A stretch of DNA of 64,000 nt from Ignavibacteriales bacterium. GTDB taxonomy: Bacteria > Bacteroidota > Ignavibacteria > UBA10030. Positions 48,766 through 57,871 of this stretch are shown here, piece after piece. The position numbers and the translations under genes are program-made. Under the pieces are notes generated by a model, which saw nothing but the letters and a program-made list of their open reading frames with translations, searched no databases and had not been told where the DNA came from. The stretch lies in assembly GCA_016192345.1 (NCBI GenBank), contig JACPUH010000021.1:58523-122522 (forward strand), read 5' to 3'. How positions within the stretch are numbered: position 1 is the stretch's first letter; each line of letters begins with the position of its first letter.

Positions 48766-49856
48766 AAAAAGTCGTCTTCCTGGACAGGGACGGGACCCTC
48801 ATTGTGGAACCCCCCAATATGCAGATCGACTCGCTGGAGAAGCTGGAGTTGATTCCAGGCGTCCTTCAGGGATTGAAGCTTTTGGTGGACCGCGGGTATG
48901 AACTTGTGATGGTTACCAACCAGGATGATTTGGGAGGACCAAATTTTCCACAGGAACGTTTCGAGGTCCCCCAGCGAAAGCTTTTGAAAATCTTCGAGGG
49001 GGAGGGAATCCGCTTCGCCCATATTTTCGTCTGTCCGCATACGGCAAACGAAAACTGTGCCTGCAGGAAGCCGAAGATCGGTTTGGTGCAGGAGTACCTT
49101 GCGGCCAACTCGATCGATCGCTCGCGATCGTTCATGGTCGGTGACCGTCAGACCGATGTGGAGTTCGGGAAAAACATCGGCTGCAAAACGATCCGCTTGG
49201 GCACGGAGATCGCCGGCGGTGCGGATGTGGCGGTCCCCGGGTTTCTCGATGCAAGCAACGCCATCCTGCGCGCCGATCGTTCGGCATCGGTTGAGAGAAG
49301 AACGAACGAAACATCAATCTCCATCAACGTGACCCTCGACGGTAGCGGGAAGTTTTCCATCAAGACCGGGGTCGGATTTTTCGATCACATGCTGGCACAG
49401 ATCTCCAAACATTCCATGATCGACATGACGATCGGCGTTGAGGGAGACCTGCATGTGGACGAACATCATACCGTGGAAGACACCGGGCTTGCCCTCGGCG
49501 ATGCAATCCGCCAGGCGCTGGGAGACAAGCGGGGGATCGAGCGGTACGGTTTCCTCCTGCCGATGGACGAGTCCCTTGCCCGGGTAGCACTCGATCTCAG
49601 TGGCCGGCCGTTTTTTGTTTTTGAAGGTACATTCGAGCGTGAGAAGGTGGGGGAATTTCCGACTGAATTGGTGGAGGATTTCTTCCGCGCGTTTTCCGAC
49701 GGCCTTCGTGCAAACCTGCACATTAACGTTCAGGGGCGGAACGACCATCACAAAATCGAAGCGATCTTCAAGGCGGTCGCCCGATCGCTCAAGCAAGCCG
49801 TCGCCATCGATCAGCGTGCGGCTACAATTCTTCCCTCAACCAAAGGGACACTGTAA
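48762..49856 (+). CDS. hisB: bifunctional histidinol-phosphatase / imidazoleglycerol-phosphate dehydratase
   Basis: N-terminal HAD motif VFLDRDGTL. The C-terminal IGPD domain has HHTVEDTGLALG and the second His-rich motif HHKIEAIFKA. Confidence 0.9.
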   Translation: MKKVVFLDRDGTLIVEPPNMQIDSLEKLELIPGVLQGLKLLVDRGYELVMVTNQDDLGGPNFPQERFEVPQRKLLKIFEGEGIRFAHIFVCPHTANENCACRKPKIGLVQEYLAANSIDRSRSFMVGDRQTDVEFGKNIGCKTIRLGTEIAGGADVAVPGFLDASNAILRADRSASVERRTNETSISINVTLDGSGKFSIKTGVGFFDHMLAQISKHSMIDMTIGVEGDLHVDEHHTVEDTGLALGDAIRQALGDKRGIERYGFLLPMDESLARVALDLSGRPFFVFEGTFEREKVGEFPTELVEDFFRAFSDGLRANLHINVQGRNDHHKIEAIFKAVARSLKQAVAIDQRAATILPSTKGTL

Positions 49857-50170
49857 AAGATCACCCACCCCGCCCGACTGCTGACGCAGTCATGCGGGCG
49901 GGGAATCTGCACGAATGATTGTCTGGAAAGGCCAATGTTAATCGTTCTTCGCGGAGATTCGCGAGGATTCGTGGGAACTCGAAGGGTTTAAGCTCCACTC
50001 CCCCTGCCCCCTCTCCAATGTTGGAGAGGGGGGTCGTCAGCCATGTTTTGTCGGGGTAATGGGGCAACCTGACGCGGAAGCTCAAAGCAGGCACTCATCA
50101 ATGAGCTTGGCGATTGATGCAGAAGAGATCGAGTGCAACAAATTCGTCTATAATCCAATAGATCGGCTCT

Positions 50171-50758
50171 ATGATCGGTATTATCAATTACGGCGCAGGC
50201 AACATACGATCCGTTTCGAACGCGTTGGACGGGTTGGGGGCTGCGTATTTCGTCTCCACCAGGATCGACGAACTTCGTCAGGCCGACAAGCTGATCCTCC
50301 CCGGCGTCGGGGAGGCACGGAGCGCGATGGAGTCTCTGGACCGCGGCGGGTTGGTGGAGTGGCTGCGGACGGTGGAAGTCCCCTTTCTCGGCATCTGCAT
50401 CGGCATGCAGATCCTGTTTGAACGCTCAACGGAACGCGACACCACATGCCTGGGGGTCATTCCCGGTACCGTTTCAAAATTCGATGCTTCGAAAGGGAAA
50501 GTACCACACATGGGATGGAACACCGTGCAGGTGCAGGGGGAAAGCCCGCTCTTCAACGGAATCCGGAATAACGAATTTTTCTACTTCGTCCACTCGTATT
50601 CCGCTCCGGTGGGACCCGCCACCATTGGACTCACGGAGTACCATCATCCTTTTTCCGCCGCCGTCCAGCGGGGAAATTTCTACGGAGTCCAGTTCCATGC
50701 CGAAAAATCGGGTCGCACCGGGCTTCGGATTCTCCAAAATTTCATTGAACGATGCTGA
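50171..50758 (+). CDS. hisH: imidazole glycerol phosphate synthase, glutamine amidotransferase subunit
   Basis: MIGIINYGAGNIRSVSNAL with the catalytic Cys in GICIGMQIL. Confidence 0.9.
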   Translation: MIGIINYGAGNIRSVSNALDGLGAAYFVSTRIDELRQADKLILPGVGEARSAMESLDRGGLVEWLRTVEVPFLGICIGMQILFERSTERDTTCLGVIPGTVSKFDASKGKVPHMGWNTVQVQGESPLFNGIRNNEFFYFVHSYSAPVGPATIGLTEYHHPFSAAVQRGNFYGVQFHAEKSGRTGLRILQNFIERC

Positions 50759-51468
50759 TCCTCCCCGCCATTGATCTTTCCAACGGAAACTGTGTCCGTT
50801 TGCGCCAGGGGGACTTCGACGCCAAGACCGTTTACCCGGATTCCCCGCGTGAGACCGCCCGGCGGTTCTTCGAAGCCGGGTTTTCCTTTTTGCATATCGT
50901 GGATCTGGATGGGGCCAAAGCGGGGTCGATCAAAAACCGGGAAGCCCTGTCGGCCATCCATTCGATCCCGGGCCTCCGCTCGCAAGTCGGCGGAGGGATC
51001 CGTTCGACCGACGATGTGCGTATGGTGTTTGATCTCGGTGTCTCTCGCGTTATTGTCGGGAGCGTCGCGGTGCAAAAACCCGAACTGGTGGGGGAGTGGA
51101 TCCGTGAATTCGGTGCGGAGCGTATCGTTCTCGCGATGGATGTCCGTGATGGATTGGTCGCGTATCATGGCTGGGTGAAGAGTTCAGAGCAATCGGCGGG
51201 AGCCTTTCTGATGCAGATGACAAGCACCGGAGCAAAAATTGTACTTTGCACCGATATCGGGCGGGACGGCATGCTCACCGGTCCCAACATCGAACTGTAC
51301 CGGGAGCTTCAAACCGCATTTCCGAAGATCGAACTCCTTGCCTCGGGAGGAGTCTCCGCCCTCAACGATATCGCCTCGGTGAAAGAAGCCGGTTGCGCCG
51401 GTATCGTTATCGGCAAAGCTTTGTATGAAGGGCACATTACCCTTGAGCAATTGAAACAGTACTTGTAG
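50752..51468 (+). CDS. hisA: ProFAR isomerase
   Basis: MLILPAIDLSNGNCVRLRQGDF is a canonical HisA N-terminus. Confidence 0.9.
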   Translation: MLILPAIDLSNGNCVRLRQGDFDAKTVYPDSPRETARRFFEAGFSFLHIVDLDGAKAGSIKNREALSAIHSIPGLRSQVGGGIRSTDDVRMVFDLGVSRVIVGSVAVQKPELVGEWIREFGAERIVLAMDVRDGLVAYHGWVKSSEQSAGAFLMQMTSTGAKIVLCTDIGRDGMLTGPNIELYRELQTAFPKIELLASGGVSALNDIASVKEAGCAGIVIGKALYEGHITLEQLKQYL

Positions 51469-51498
51469 AAAAAGACTGGAAAACCACCAATACGATCC

Positions 51499-52254
51499 AT
51501 GCTGACCAAACGCATCATACCCTGTCTCGATGTCCAAGACGGTCGAACGGTGAAGGGGACGAAGTTTCTCAACCTTCGTGACGCCGGTGATCCCGTTGAG
51601 CTCGCCGCCCGGTATTCTGAAGAGGGCGCGGACGAACTTGTTTTTCTCGACATCAGCGCCTCCCGGGAAGGACGGAAGACGTTCCTTTCCGTGGTCGAGC
51701 GTGTTGCCCGGGCGATCCAGATTCCCTTTACGGTCGGGGGCGGGATCAGCACGGTGGAGGACATCCTGCGCGTGCTTGACGCCGGAGCCGATAAAGTATC
51801 ATTGAATACGGCCATTGTGCTTCGCCCGGATTTTTTGAACGAAGCAGCAATGGCGGTCGGTTCGCAGTCCATCGTTGCCGCGATCGACGCGAAACGCGAC
51901 GAGAAACGCTGGACCGTCTGGATCAAGGGGGGGGCAGAACGGACGGAGCTGGACGCGGTCGCCTGGGCGCAAGAGACGGTGCGGCGCGGGGCCGGCGAGT
52001 TGCTGGTAACCTCGATGGATTCGGACGGAATGAAAGCGGGGTACGACCTCGACCTGTTGCGCACCGTGGCGAGCAGGGTTCATGTGCCGCTGATTGCTTC
52101 GGGAGGTGCGGGGACACCGGAACATCTTGTGCAGGCCATTACAGAGGGGAACGCGGACGCAGTGCTCGCGGCAAGCATTTTTCACTATCAGGAAATTTCG
52201 ATCAACGATATCAAGCTCTCCATAAGCGCCAATACTATTCCGGTACGATTATGA
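51499..52254 (+). CDS. hisF: imidazole glycerol phosphate synthase cyclase subunit
   Basis: [17 protein letters not shown] ... [12 protein letters not shown] are HisF motifs. Confidence 0.9.
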   Translation: MLTKRIIPCLDVQDGRTVKGTKFLNLRDAGDPVELAARYSEEGADELVFLDISASREGRKTFLSVVERVARAIQIPFTVGGGISTVEDILRVLDAGADKVSLNTAIVLRPDFLNEAAMAVGSQSIVAAIDAKRDEKRWTVWIKGGAERTELDAVAWAQETVRRGAGELLVTSMDSDGMKAGYDLDLLRTVASRVHVPLIASGGAGTPEHLVQAITEGNADAVLAASIFHYQEISINDIKLSISANTIPVRL

Positions 52255-52856
52255 CGGACAAACTGAATTTCAGCAAGCTCAACGGATTGGTCCCTGCGAT
52301 CATCCAGGAGAACGACTCCCTGCAGGTACTGATGGTGGGATTTATGAACCGCGAGGCCGTTGAGAAAACAGCGCGGGAAGGAACGGTGGTTTTCTGGAGC
52401 CGCACGAAACAGCGCCTCTGGCAGAAAGGAGAGACCTCCGGCAACACGCTGCACGTCGTCTCCATGGCTGTTGATTGCGATGGCGACGCTCTTTTGATCA
52501 GAGCGACACCAAAGGGACCGGTGTGTCATACCGGGACCTTCTCATGTTTCGGGGAGGACCGGATCGCGGTCACTCAATCCGTGTTTGACCGGCTTGAGGC
52601 GATCGTGCGCGAACGGCAACAGCAGCTTCCGGAACAATCGTACACGGCGACCTTGTTGCGGCAGGGTACGGCAAAGATTGCACAAAAGGTTGGTGAGGAG
52701 GCGGTGGAGGTGGTGGTTGCCGCCATGCAGCAGGATCCAAAAGCGATCAAGGAAGAATCAGCGGATCTGCTATACCACCTGATTGTGCTGCTGCGGGAGA
52801 GGGGACTCGGGTTGAACGATGTGGCGGAAACGTTGCGGGGAAGGATGGAAAAATAA
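52251..52856 (+). CDS. hisI: bifunctional phosphoribosyl-AMP cyclohydrolase / phosphoribosyl-ATP pyrophosphatase
   Basis: N-terminal HisI region ([24 protein letters not shown] ... CHTGTFSCF) and C-terminal HisE region ([10 protein letters not shown]...[13 protein letters not shown]). Confidence 0.85.
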   Translation: MTDKLNFSKLNGLVPAIIQENDSLQVLMVGFMNREAVEKTAREGTVVFWSRTKQRLWQKGETSGNTLHVVSMAVDCDGDALLIRATPKGPVCHTGTFSCFGEDRIAVTQSVFDRLEAIVRERQQQLPEQSYTATLLRQGTAKIAQKVGEEAVEVVVAAMQQDPKAIKEESADLLYHLIVLLRERGLGLNDVAETLRGRMEK

Positions 52857-53138
52857 AGAGGGGCCCACGAATCCCTTCGGGTCTGAGTTAGGCGCGCATT
52901 TCCTCAGGGTCGAAGACTTCACTAATCTGCGCGAATAGGTTCATGAAAAATCTCGTTTCGTTTGTCCACGAAGTGCACAGCCGGAGACTTATAAACTGAA
53001 GGATGCGAGAGCATCCTGCCAATTGGACCTGTCATTTCTTCAAGGGGCCATACGCCCAGGAGGGAGCACGCTTCGCGTGCTTCAGTAGTATGCCTTCGGC
53101 TGTGAAGATTCGTGTGGATTCGTGGGGAAAAGATTTTT

Positions 53139-53531
53139 TTACTCTTTGTGAATGAACTCATGTCCCGCTTTCTGGAGCGCCTGCACCGCGTGCACCAGTT
53201 GTTCATCCCTCACAAAAATATAATCCGTGTTGAACGTGCTCGTACCGAGAATGGGGACATTGGCTTCCGCCAGCGGTTGCAGCACCGACACCATCACCCC
53301 CACGTCGTCCAGCGTAAATTCCCCCTCGATTTTTATGCAACGCCATCCCAGTTCCTGTTGAACGTTGTTCGGTGCCATGAAATCCGGACAGATAATGCAG
53401 AGTTCCTCATCCGTCCGCATGCTGAAAACCATTTCCCCGTTGGCCAGGATCGAAGGAATCTCCGCGAACTGCGCCAGTTTGTTGACGGTGAACGTGTCAT
53501 TGAGAAGGAAGAGTTTGAATGTTCGGTTCAT
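53139..53531 (-). CDS. ACT-domain-containing small protein
   Basis: Trimmed to MNRTFKLFLLNDTFTV. About 130 aa with an ACT-like beta-alpha-beta-beta-alpha-beta pattern. Confidence 0.5.
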   Translation of the reverse strand: MNRTFKLFLLNDTFTVNKLAQFAEIPSILANGEMVFSMRTDEELCIICPDFMAPNNVQQELGWRCIKIEGEFTLDDVGVMVSVLQPLAEANVPILGTSTFNTDYIFVRDEQLVHAVQALQKAGHEFIHKE

Positions 53532-53753
53532 GACCCTGTCACCCTTTGGTGGGAAAAGACTCGCGCGCGTGACTGCTGTTGATGAATGTAAGACTAATCG
53601 AACATTCCCGCAAGCCCTCAACGGACCCGGAGGCGGGGACGGATGCATCCATCAGGGGCCACTCCCCCGCTCGACTTTTTTCCCTCCTTCATTGAAGCCC
53701 ACCCCAAAATTCATTAGCTTTTGCGAGTCGTTCTTTTCCCACAAGCACCGACC

Positions 53754-55028
53754 ATGAAATCAGCACCGAACAACTTCTACTCGGACTTTGATTTTGAATG
53801 CCTTGAAGGAACGCGGACTGACGATTACCGTACCCCCTTTGAGGTTGACCGCGACCGGATCATCCATTCCGCGGCGTTCCGACGCCTGCAATCCAAAACG
53901 CAGGTCTTTCTCTCAGGCGAGTACGATTTCTACCGCACCCGATTGACCCACTCCCTGGAAGTGGCCCAGATCGGCCGCTCCATCTGCACGTATCTCCGGA
54001 GGAACTCACCGCTCCTCGCCGAGGATTTTTATATCGACGCCGACCTCGTGGAGGGAATCTGCCTCTCCCATGATCTCGGCCATCCTCCGTTCGGCCATTC
54101 CGGCGAACGAATTCTCAACGCTCTCATGAAGGCCCATGGCGGCTTCGAGGGAAACGCCCAGACGCTCCGGCTCGTCACGGAGATCGTCTTCTCCGCCAAC
54201 GGCGAACGGAAAGGCATGAACCCCACCCGCGCGTTCCTGGACGGCGTGTTGAAGTATAAATCCCTCCACGGCCAGCTCAAGAACCCCGAGAACCATTTCC
54301 TGTACGATGAGCAGAAGCCGTATGTGAAGTTTGTCTTCGGCGGATCAACGGCTCCTTCGCACTTCAAGCCGGGAGAGAGCCTGAACGCCTTCCGCAGTAT
54401 CGAATGCCAGATCATGGATTGGTCGGATGACGCAGCTTATTCGATCAACGACCTCGTCGACGGCATCCACGCGGGCTTCATCACGAAACAGCGGATCGAG
54501 CAGTGGGCGACGGAGAAGAACCTCAAAGACCTTGAGGCCGGGTGGATCACCGAGGTGCTCAAGGCCATCGGCTCCGGCGACCTTGAACGCCGGTTCGCCC
54601 GGACGATCGGCTCCTTCATCAAAGCATGCAGCCTCACCGAGCGGGAGAATTTCATGGGCAGCAAAACGAACCGGTACAAGACGGAACTGCGTATTGACCC
54701 CGAGGTCAAAGGACAATCGTCCCTGTACAAGAATCTGTCGTTCGAGCTTGTGTTTCTTTCGCCGCAACTTCACCAGCTTGAGCATAAAGGGGGGTTGATG
54801 GTTCGGCGGATCTTCGAAACCCTGGTGGAGAATTATGTAACACAGCCGAATTCGAGATTGAACCTCCTCCCCGCCGGGATGGAGAAAACCATCCGGGCAA
54901 CGAAGAACAAACAGGACCGTTTTCGCCTGATCTGCGATCACATTGCCGGCATGACGGACGGATTTGCGGTGCGCATGTACAAACGCCTGTTTGAACCCGA
55001 CTTCGGCTCAATTGTCGACCTCATCTAA
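53754..55028 (+). CDS. dGTPase-like deoxynucleoside triphosphate triphosphohydrolase (HD domain)
   Basis: VDRDRIIHSAAFRRLQSKTQVF...RLTHSLEVAQIGRSIC...HDLGHPPFGH are Dgt-family HD motifs. Trimmed from the track's TTG start to the first ATG. Confidence 0.85.
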   Translation: MKSAPNNFYSDFDFECLEGTRTDDYRTPFEVDRDRIIHSAAFRRLQSKTQVFLSGEYDFYRTRLTHSLEVAQIGRSICTYLRRNSPLLAEDFYIDADLVEGICLSHDLGHPPFGHSGERILNALMKAHGGFEGNAQTLRLVTEIVFSANGERKGMNPTRAFLDGVLKYKSLHGQLKNPENHFLYDEQKPYVKFVFGGSTAPSHFKPGESLNAFRSIECQIMDWSDDAAYSINDLVDGIHAGFITKQRIEQWATEKNLKDLEAGWITEVLKAIGSGDLERRFARTIGSFIKACSLTERENFMGSKTNRYKTELRIDPEVKGQSSLYKNLSFELVFLSPQLHQLEHKGGLMVRRIFETLVENYVTQPNSRLNLLPAGMEKTIRATKNKQDRFRLICDHIAGMTDGFAVRMYKRLFEPDFGSIVDLI

Positions 55029-56241
55029 ATACCTCAAACTTCTCGGTCCAGGCTTTGCCGTGGCGGCCACTGGAGTCGGAGCAGGTGATCTCGTCGCGGC
55101 GTCGGTCGCGGGGGCCCGGTACGGCACGATCATCCTCTGGGCAGGGGTCTTCGGGGCGGTCATCAAGTTCGCGCTGAACGAAGGGGTCTCGCGCTGGCAA
55201 CTGGCGACCGGCACCACCGTCCTGGAAGGGTGGGTGTCGAAGTTCCATCCGGTCGTCTCCTGGTATTTCATGGTGTACCTCATCCTCTGGTCGTTCATCG
55301 TTGCCGCCGCGCTCGCCTCTGCGTGCGGGCTGGCAGGACATGCGTTGTACGACGGCCTTTCCGTCCCGGCCTGGGCGGCCATCCATTCGATGATCGCATT
55401 TCTCCTGGTTTATTTTGGGCGGTACAACTTCTTCGAAACGCTGATGAAGATTTTCATCGGCATGATGTTCGTGACTGTCCTGGCATGTGCCTGGATGGTG
55501 GATCCGGCATGGTCTGAGATTCTCCCCTCCCTTGTCGTGCCGGCACTCCCCGAGGGCTCGGCAAAATTCCTGCTCGGCGTCCTCGGTGGCGTCGGCGGGA
55601 GCGTGACCTTGCTGAGCTACGGGTACTGGATTCGTGAGAAGGGATGGAAGGGGAAGGAATCCTTGCCGGCAACACAGCTCGATTTAGGGACGGCGTACCT
55701 GTTCACCGGACTTTTTGCCGTCGCCATGATGATCGTCGCCGCCGAGGTGAGTCCCACACTCGTCACCGGCGACCGGATGGCCCTCGAGGTGGCCAACCGG
55801 ATCGGGGAGCTGATTGGAACAACGGGCAAATGGATCTTCCTGGTCGGCTTCTGGGGGGCCGTGTTCACCTCGATGCTCGGCGTATGGCAGGGGGTGCCGT
55901 ACCTGTTTGCCGATTTCGTTTCGATGCGCGGATGGAAACACGGAGCGACCGTCGTTCCCGCAAGCACGACATCACGGGCGTATCGATGGTATCTTGTTTA
56001 CCTTGCCTTTCCTCCGCTCTTCCTGCTTCTTTTCGGCAAGCCCGTTTGGATCGTTATGACCTATGCAATCGTCGGCGCATTCTTCATGCCCTTCCTCGCC
56101 GGCATGCTCCTCTGGATGAACAACAGGAAGTCCTGGGTTGGTGAAGCGAAGAACCCATGGCTCCTGAACGCGCTGCTGTTGATTTCGCTCGGAGTATTTG
56201 GTTACTTGTGTGTCGTGGAAATCACCGATGCCTTGAAATGA
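54964..56241 (+). CDS. Nramp-family (MntH-like) transporter with non-canonical metal-site motifs
   Basis: GPGFAVAATGVGAGDLVAASVAGARYGTIILWAGVFGAVIKFALNEGVSRWQLATGTTVLEGW follows the Nramp TM1-TM3 pattern. The canonical DPGN is replaced by GAGD, and no MPH motif is seen in the TM6 region. The start is uncertain: it is an in-frame TTG at 54964 or 55009, and the ORF overlaps the dGTPase 3' end. Confidence 0.55.
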   Translation: MRCACTNACLNPTSAQLSTSSKYLKLLGPGFAVAATGVGAGDLVAASVAGARYGTIILWAGVFGAVIKFALNEGVSRWQLATGTTVLEGWVSKFHPVVSWYFMVYLILWSFIVAAALASACGLAGHALYDGLSVPAWAAIHSMIAFLLVYFGRYNFFETLMKIFIGMMFVTVLACAWMVDPAWSEILPSLVVPALPEGSAKFLLGVLGGVGGSVTLLSYGYWIREKGWKGKESLPATQLDLGTAYLFTGLFAVAMMIVAAEVSPTLVTGDRMALEVANRIGELIGTTGKWIFLVGFWGAVFTSMLGVWQGVPYLFADFVSMRGWKHGATVVPASTTSRAYRWYLVYLAFPPLFLLLFGKPVWIVMTYAIVGAFFMPFLAGMLLWMNNRKSWVGEAKNPWLLNALLLISLGVFGYLCVVEITDALK

Positions 56242-56257
56242 CGAACGGGGGCGAACC

Positions 56258-56917
56258 ATGAAGATTTTCCTTCTTGCACTGGTCCTGTGTTGCGCGCCGG
56301 TCCGTGCCCAGCATGCACCGTCGTGGCGAATCGATGCCGGTCTCACCTACTCCGCATTCCAGCAGCAGGTCAAAGCGATGGTGGGGGATCCCCGGGGAGA
56401 GCGCCTCGTGAACGAGACACAATTCGGGATGATGCTGATGGGAACCTCCCGCGTATGGGAGACCGTCAGCGCGGGCCTCTTTCTACAGTTCGATCGCGGG
56501 AACCGGCATGCTGCCCGGTTCGACGGGTTCGATCCTCAAACGGGAAAAACCGTGACACGCGAGAAGATCGGGGGCGACTATAACGAATTCTGGGCCGGGC
56601 CTTTCCTCCGTGTGCAATGGAAACAACTGTTTGGCGAATTGGGATACGGGTTGATCGGCTTCCGCAACGATGACGCTCGGGACGACCTTCCCTCCGAGAC
56701 CGGCGATGCGAGCGGATCGCTCCAGCTTTCGGCAAGAATTGCATGGCTTGCAGGAGTGGGTGCCGCGGTGGAGATTTTCGAGGATGTGGATCTCGTTCTT
56801 CGCATGGAATACCGCTTGCGATACTACGACAAGCGCGAGGGGGAGCCGTTCAAGGATATGATCGAGCACGGGACACAAAATTTTACCCCCTTTTTTGGAG
56901 TCGCGTGGAGGTTCTAG
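56258..56917 (+). CDS. small outer-membrane beta-barrel protein (OmpW/porin-like)
   Basis: 219 aa with signal peptide MKIFLLALVLCCAPVRAQ. It has alternating hydrophobic beta-strands and a C-terminal ...GVAWRF aromatic terminus. Confidence 0.55.
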   Translation: MKIFLLALVLCCAPVRAQHAPSWRIDAGLTYSAFQQQVKAMVGDPRGERLVNETQFGMMLMGTSRVWETVSAGLFLQFDRGNRHAARFDGFDPQTGKTVTREKIGGDYNEFWAGPFLRVQWKQLFGELGYGLIGFRNDDARDDLPSETGDASGSLQLSARIAWLAGVGAAVEIFEDVDLVLRMEYRLRYYDKREGEPFKDMIEHGTQNFTPFFGVAWRF

Positions 56918-56980
56918 ACCTGCCTCCCGTCGACGCAGACCACTCCTGATAGCACTTCACTGGAAATCCGGCGTAATACT

Positions 56981-57733
56981 TTGGATAACGCATATCATTA
57001 CCTTCTTCTCTTCGCGGTCGGAGTCGTCTCCGGCTTCCTCAACGTCATGGCGGGCGGCGGGTCCACGCTTGCGCTCCCCGCGCTGATTTTCATGGGACTC
57101 GATAGCGGTCTCGCCAACGGGACCAACCGCGTCGCCATCCTGATCCAGAACATCTTTGCCGTCGCGTCGTTTCGAAAGCTGGAGGTGCATGCTTTCAAGC
57201 AAAGCCTGAAGTTCACCCTCTGGGCGCTCCCCGGTGCAATCATCGGCGCCATCGTGGGGGTGACGATCAGCGACGCCTGGTTCCAGCGTATCCTCGGTGT
57301 GGTCATGATTGGGACAATCATCACGATCCTTCTCCCGCAATCAGAGAAACGGAGTGAACCGACGGAGGCAGACAGAAAACGGGAGAAGTGGATCTACCCG
57401 GCGATGTTCGCCATCGGCTTCTACGGTGGGTTCATCCAGGTCAGTGTCGGGTTCCTCTTCATGGCCGCTCTTTATTATCTGATGAGAATGAACCTCGTGT
57501 ACGTCAACATGCATAAGGTCACGATCGTGATGATCTACATGGTGCCGGCCCTCGCCATCTATGCCTTCACCGGCAATGTGGACTGGCTGCTGGGGCTCAT
57601 CCTAGGCGCCGGGAGCGCCGTGGGGGGATGGTGGGCAGCGCACGCCTCCGTCAAGGGGGGAGAAAAAATCATCCGCATGGCCCTTGCCGTTGCAATCTTC
57701 ATCATGGCGTTGAAGCTCTTTGAGGTTTTTTAG
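56981..57733 (+). CDS. sulfite exporter TauE/SafE family membrane protein
   Basis: LLLFAVGVVSGFLNVMAGGGSTLALPALIFMGL is a DUF81/TauE signature and is repeated in the second half. The start is TTG; there is no upstream ATG. Confidence 0.75.
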   Translation: MDNAYHYLLLFAVGVVSGFLNVMAGGGSTLALPALIFMGLDSGLANGTNRVAILIQNIFAVASFRKLEVHAFKQSLKFTLWALPGAIIGAIVGVTISDAWFQRILGVVMIGTIITILLPQSEKRSEPTEADRKREKWIYPAMFAIGFYGGFIQVSVGFLFMAALYYLMRMNLVYVNMHKVTIVMIYMVPALAIYAFTGNVDWLLGLILGAGSAVGGWWAAHASVKGGEKIIRMALAVAIFIMALKLFEVF

Positions 57734-57744
57734 AATTGATTATG

Positions 57745-57850
57745 CTGGAAGGAGTGCATCTCTACCAACCCCTCCGTCCCATCACAAAAAGTGATGGGAC
57801 ACCTCCCCTTATCAGGGGAGGAAAAGGAAAGAACAAAGCGAAAACAAATC
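57745..57850 (+). repeat. copy A of a ~100-nt two-hairpin repeat element (5' region of the M28 peptidase gene)
   Basis: cccctccgtcccATCACaaaaaGTGATgggacaCCTCCCCttatcaGGGGAGGaaaagg. Hairpin 1 is 57777-57799 and hairpin 2 is 57802-57821. A second copy is at 61400-61520. Confidence 0.6.
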
Positions 57851-57871
57851 GTAAACATTTCACACGAGATC

